Source: Phoronis australis (lineage: Eukaryota; Animalia; Phoronida). From it: DNA of 64,000 nucleotides. How positions within the stretch are numbered: the first letter of the stretch is position 1; each line of letters begins with the position of its first letter. Of the stretch, positions 63,778 to 64,000 are shown piece by piece. The notes under the pieces are model-generated. The model was not told the origin of the DNA. It did no database searches and worked only from the letters and a program-made list of their open reading frames with translations. The position numbers and the translations under genes are program-made. The stretch is from the NCBI GenBank assembly GCA_002633005.1, contig NMRA01000373.1, forward strand, positions 300,275-364,274. Direction: 5' to 3'.

Positions 63778-64000
63778 GTAAGCAACTTTATATAATACAC
63801 ACCTGAGTATTTGTTCAGTACATTATTCTAGAATCCAGGCTTCACAGGACCAATTTTTTCGATTCTGTACAAGTCTGTATGATGAATAAAATAAAAACTT
63901 TTGCACTTATCCCCAATTCCATCCAGCACTGGCCGTGTACGTGTATTGCCGTACAATCAATTCAGTGGCGGTCGGTTCGATCTACGCTGATAAGGTCGTC

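Larger units (their letters stand above)
43928..63930. repeat. Segmental duplication copy B
   Basis: Same-orientation match to copy A with independent insertions and deletions; similarity fades near 63930 (ttccatccagcac vs 22937 ttccatccaccag). Confidence 0.95.

Overview
Repeat-rich, intron-containing animal genomic DNA (draft assembly, two N-gaps; repeat and gene content suggest a marine lophotrochozoan such as a mollusc, inferred only). The window is organised as an old tandem segmental duplication (~1-22950 vs ~43928-63930) of a divergently oriented gene pair. One member is a minus-strand alpha-arrestin (ARRDC-like) gene; the other is a plus-strand gene for a secreted protein with a PAN/Apple domain and an uncharacterised Trp-rich domain. 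Copy B of the arrestin gene reconstructs to an intact 5-exon, 394-aa CDS lacking PPxY motifs. Copy A has a frameshift and broken splice sites. Both PAN-gene copies are open over three exons and share a predicted GC-AG intron. Comparing the two copies exposes many precise insertions (TTAA Kolobok-like elements, a tRNA-SINE, a solo LTR) and an intronic inversion. Degenerate RTEX-like, Tx1/L1, Gypsy and hAT remnants are also present. The most unusual element is a pogo-like transposon remnant that carries an OTU deubiquitinase domain ahead of its PHD-finger tail.
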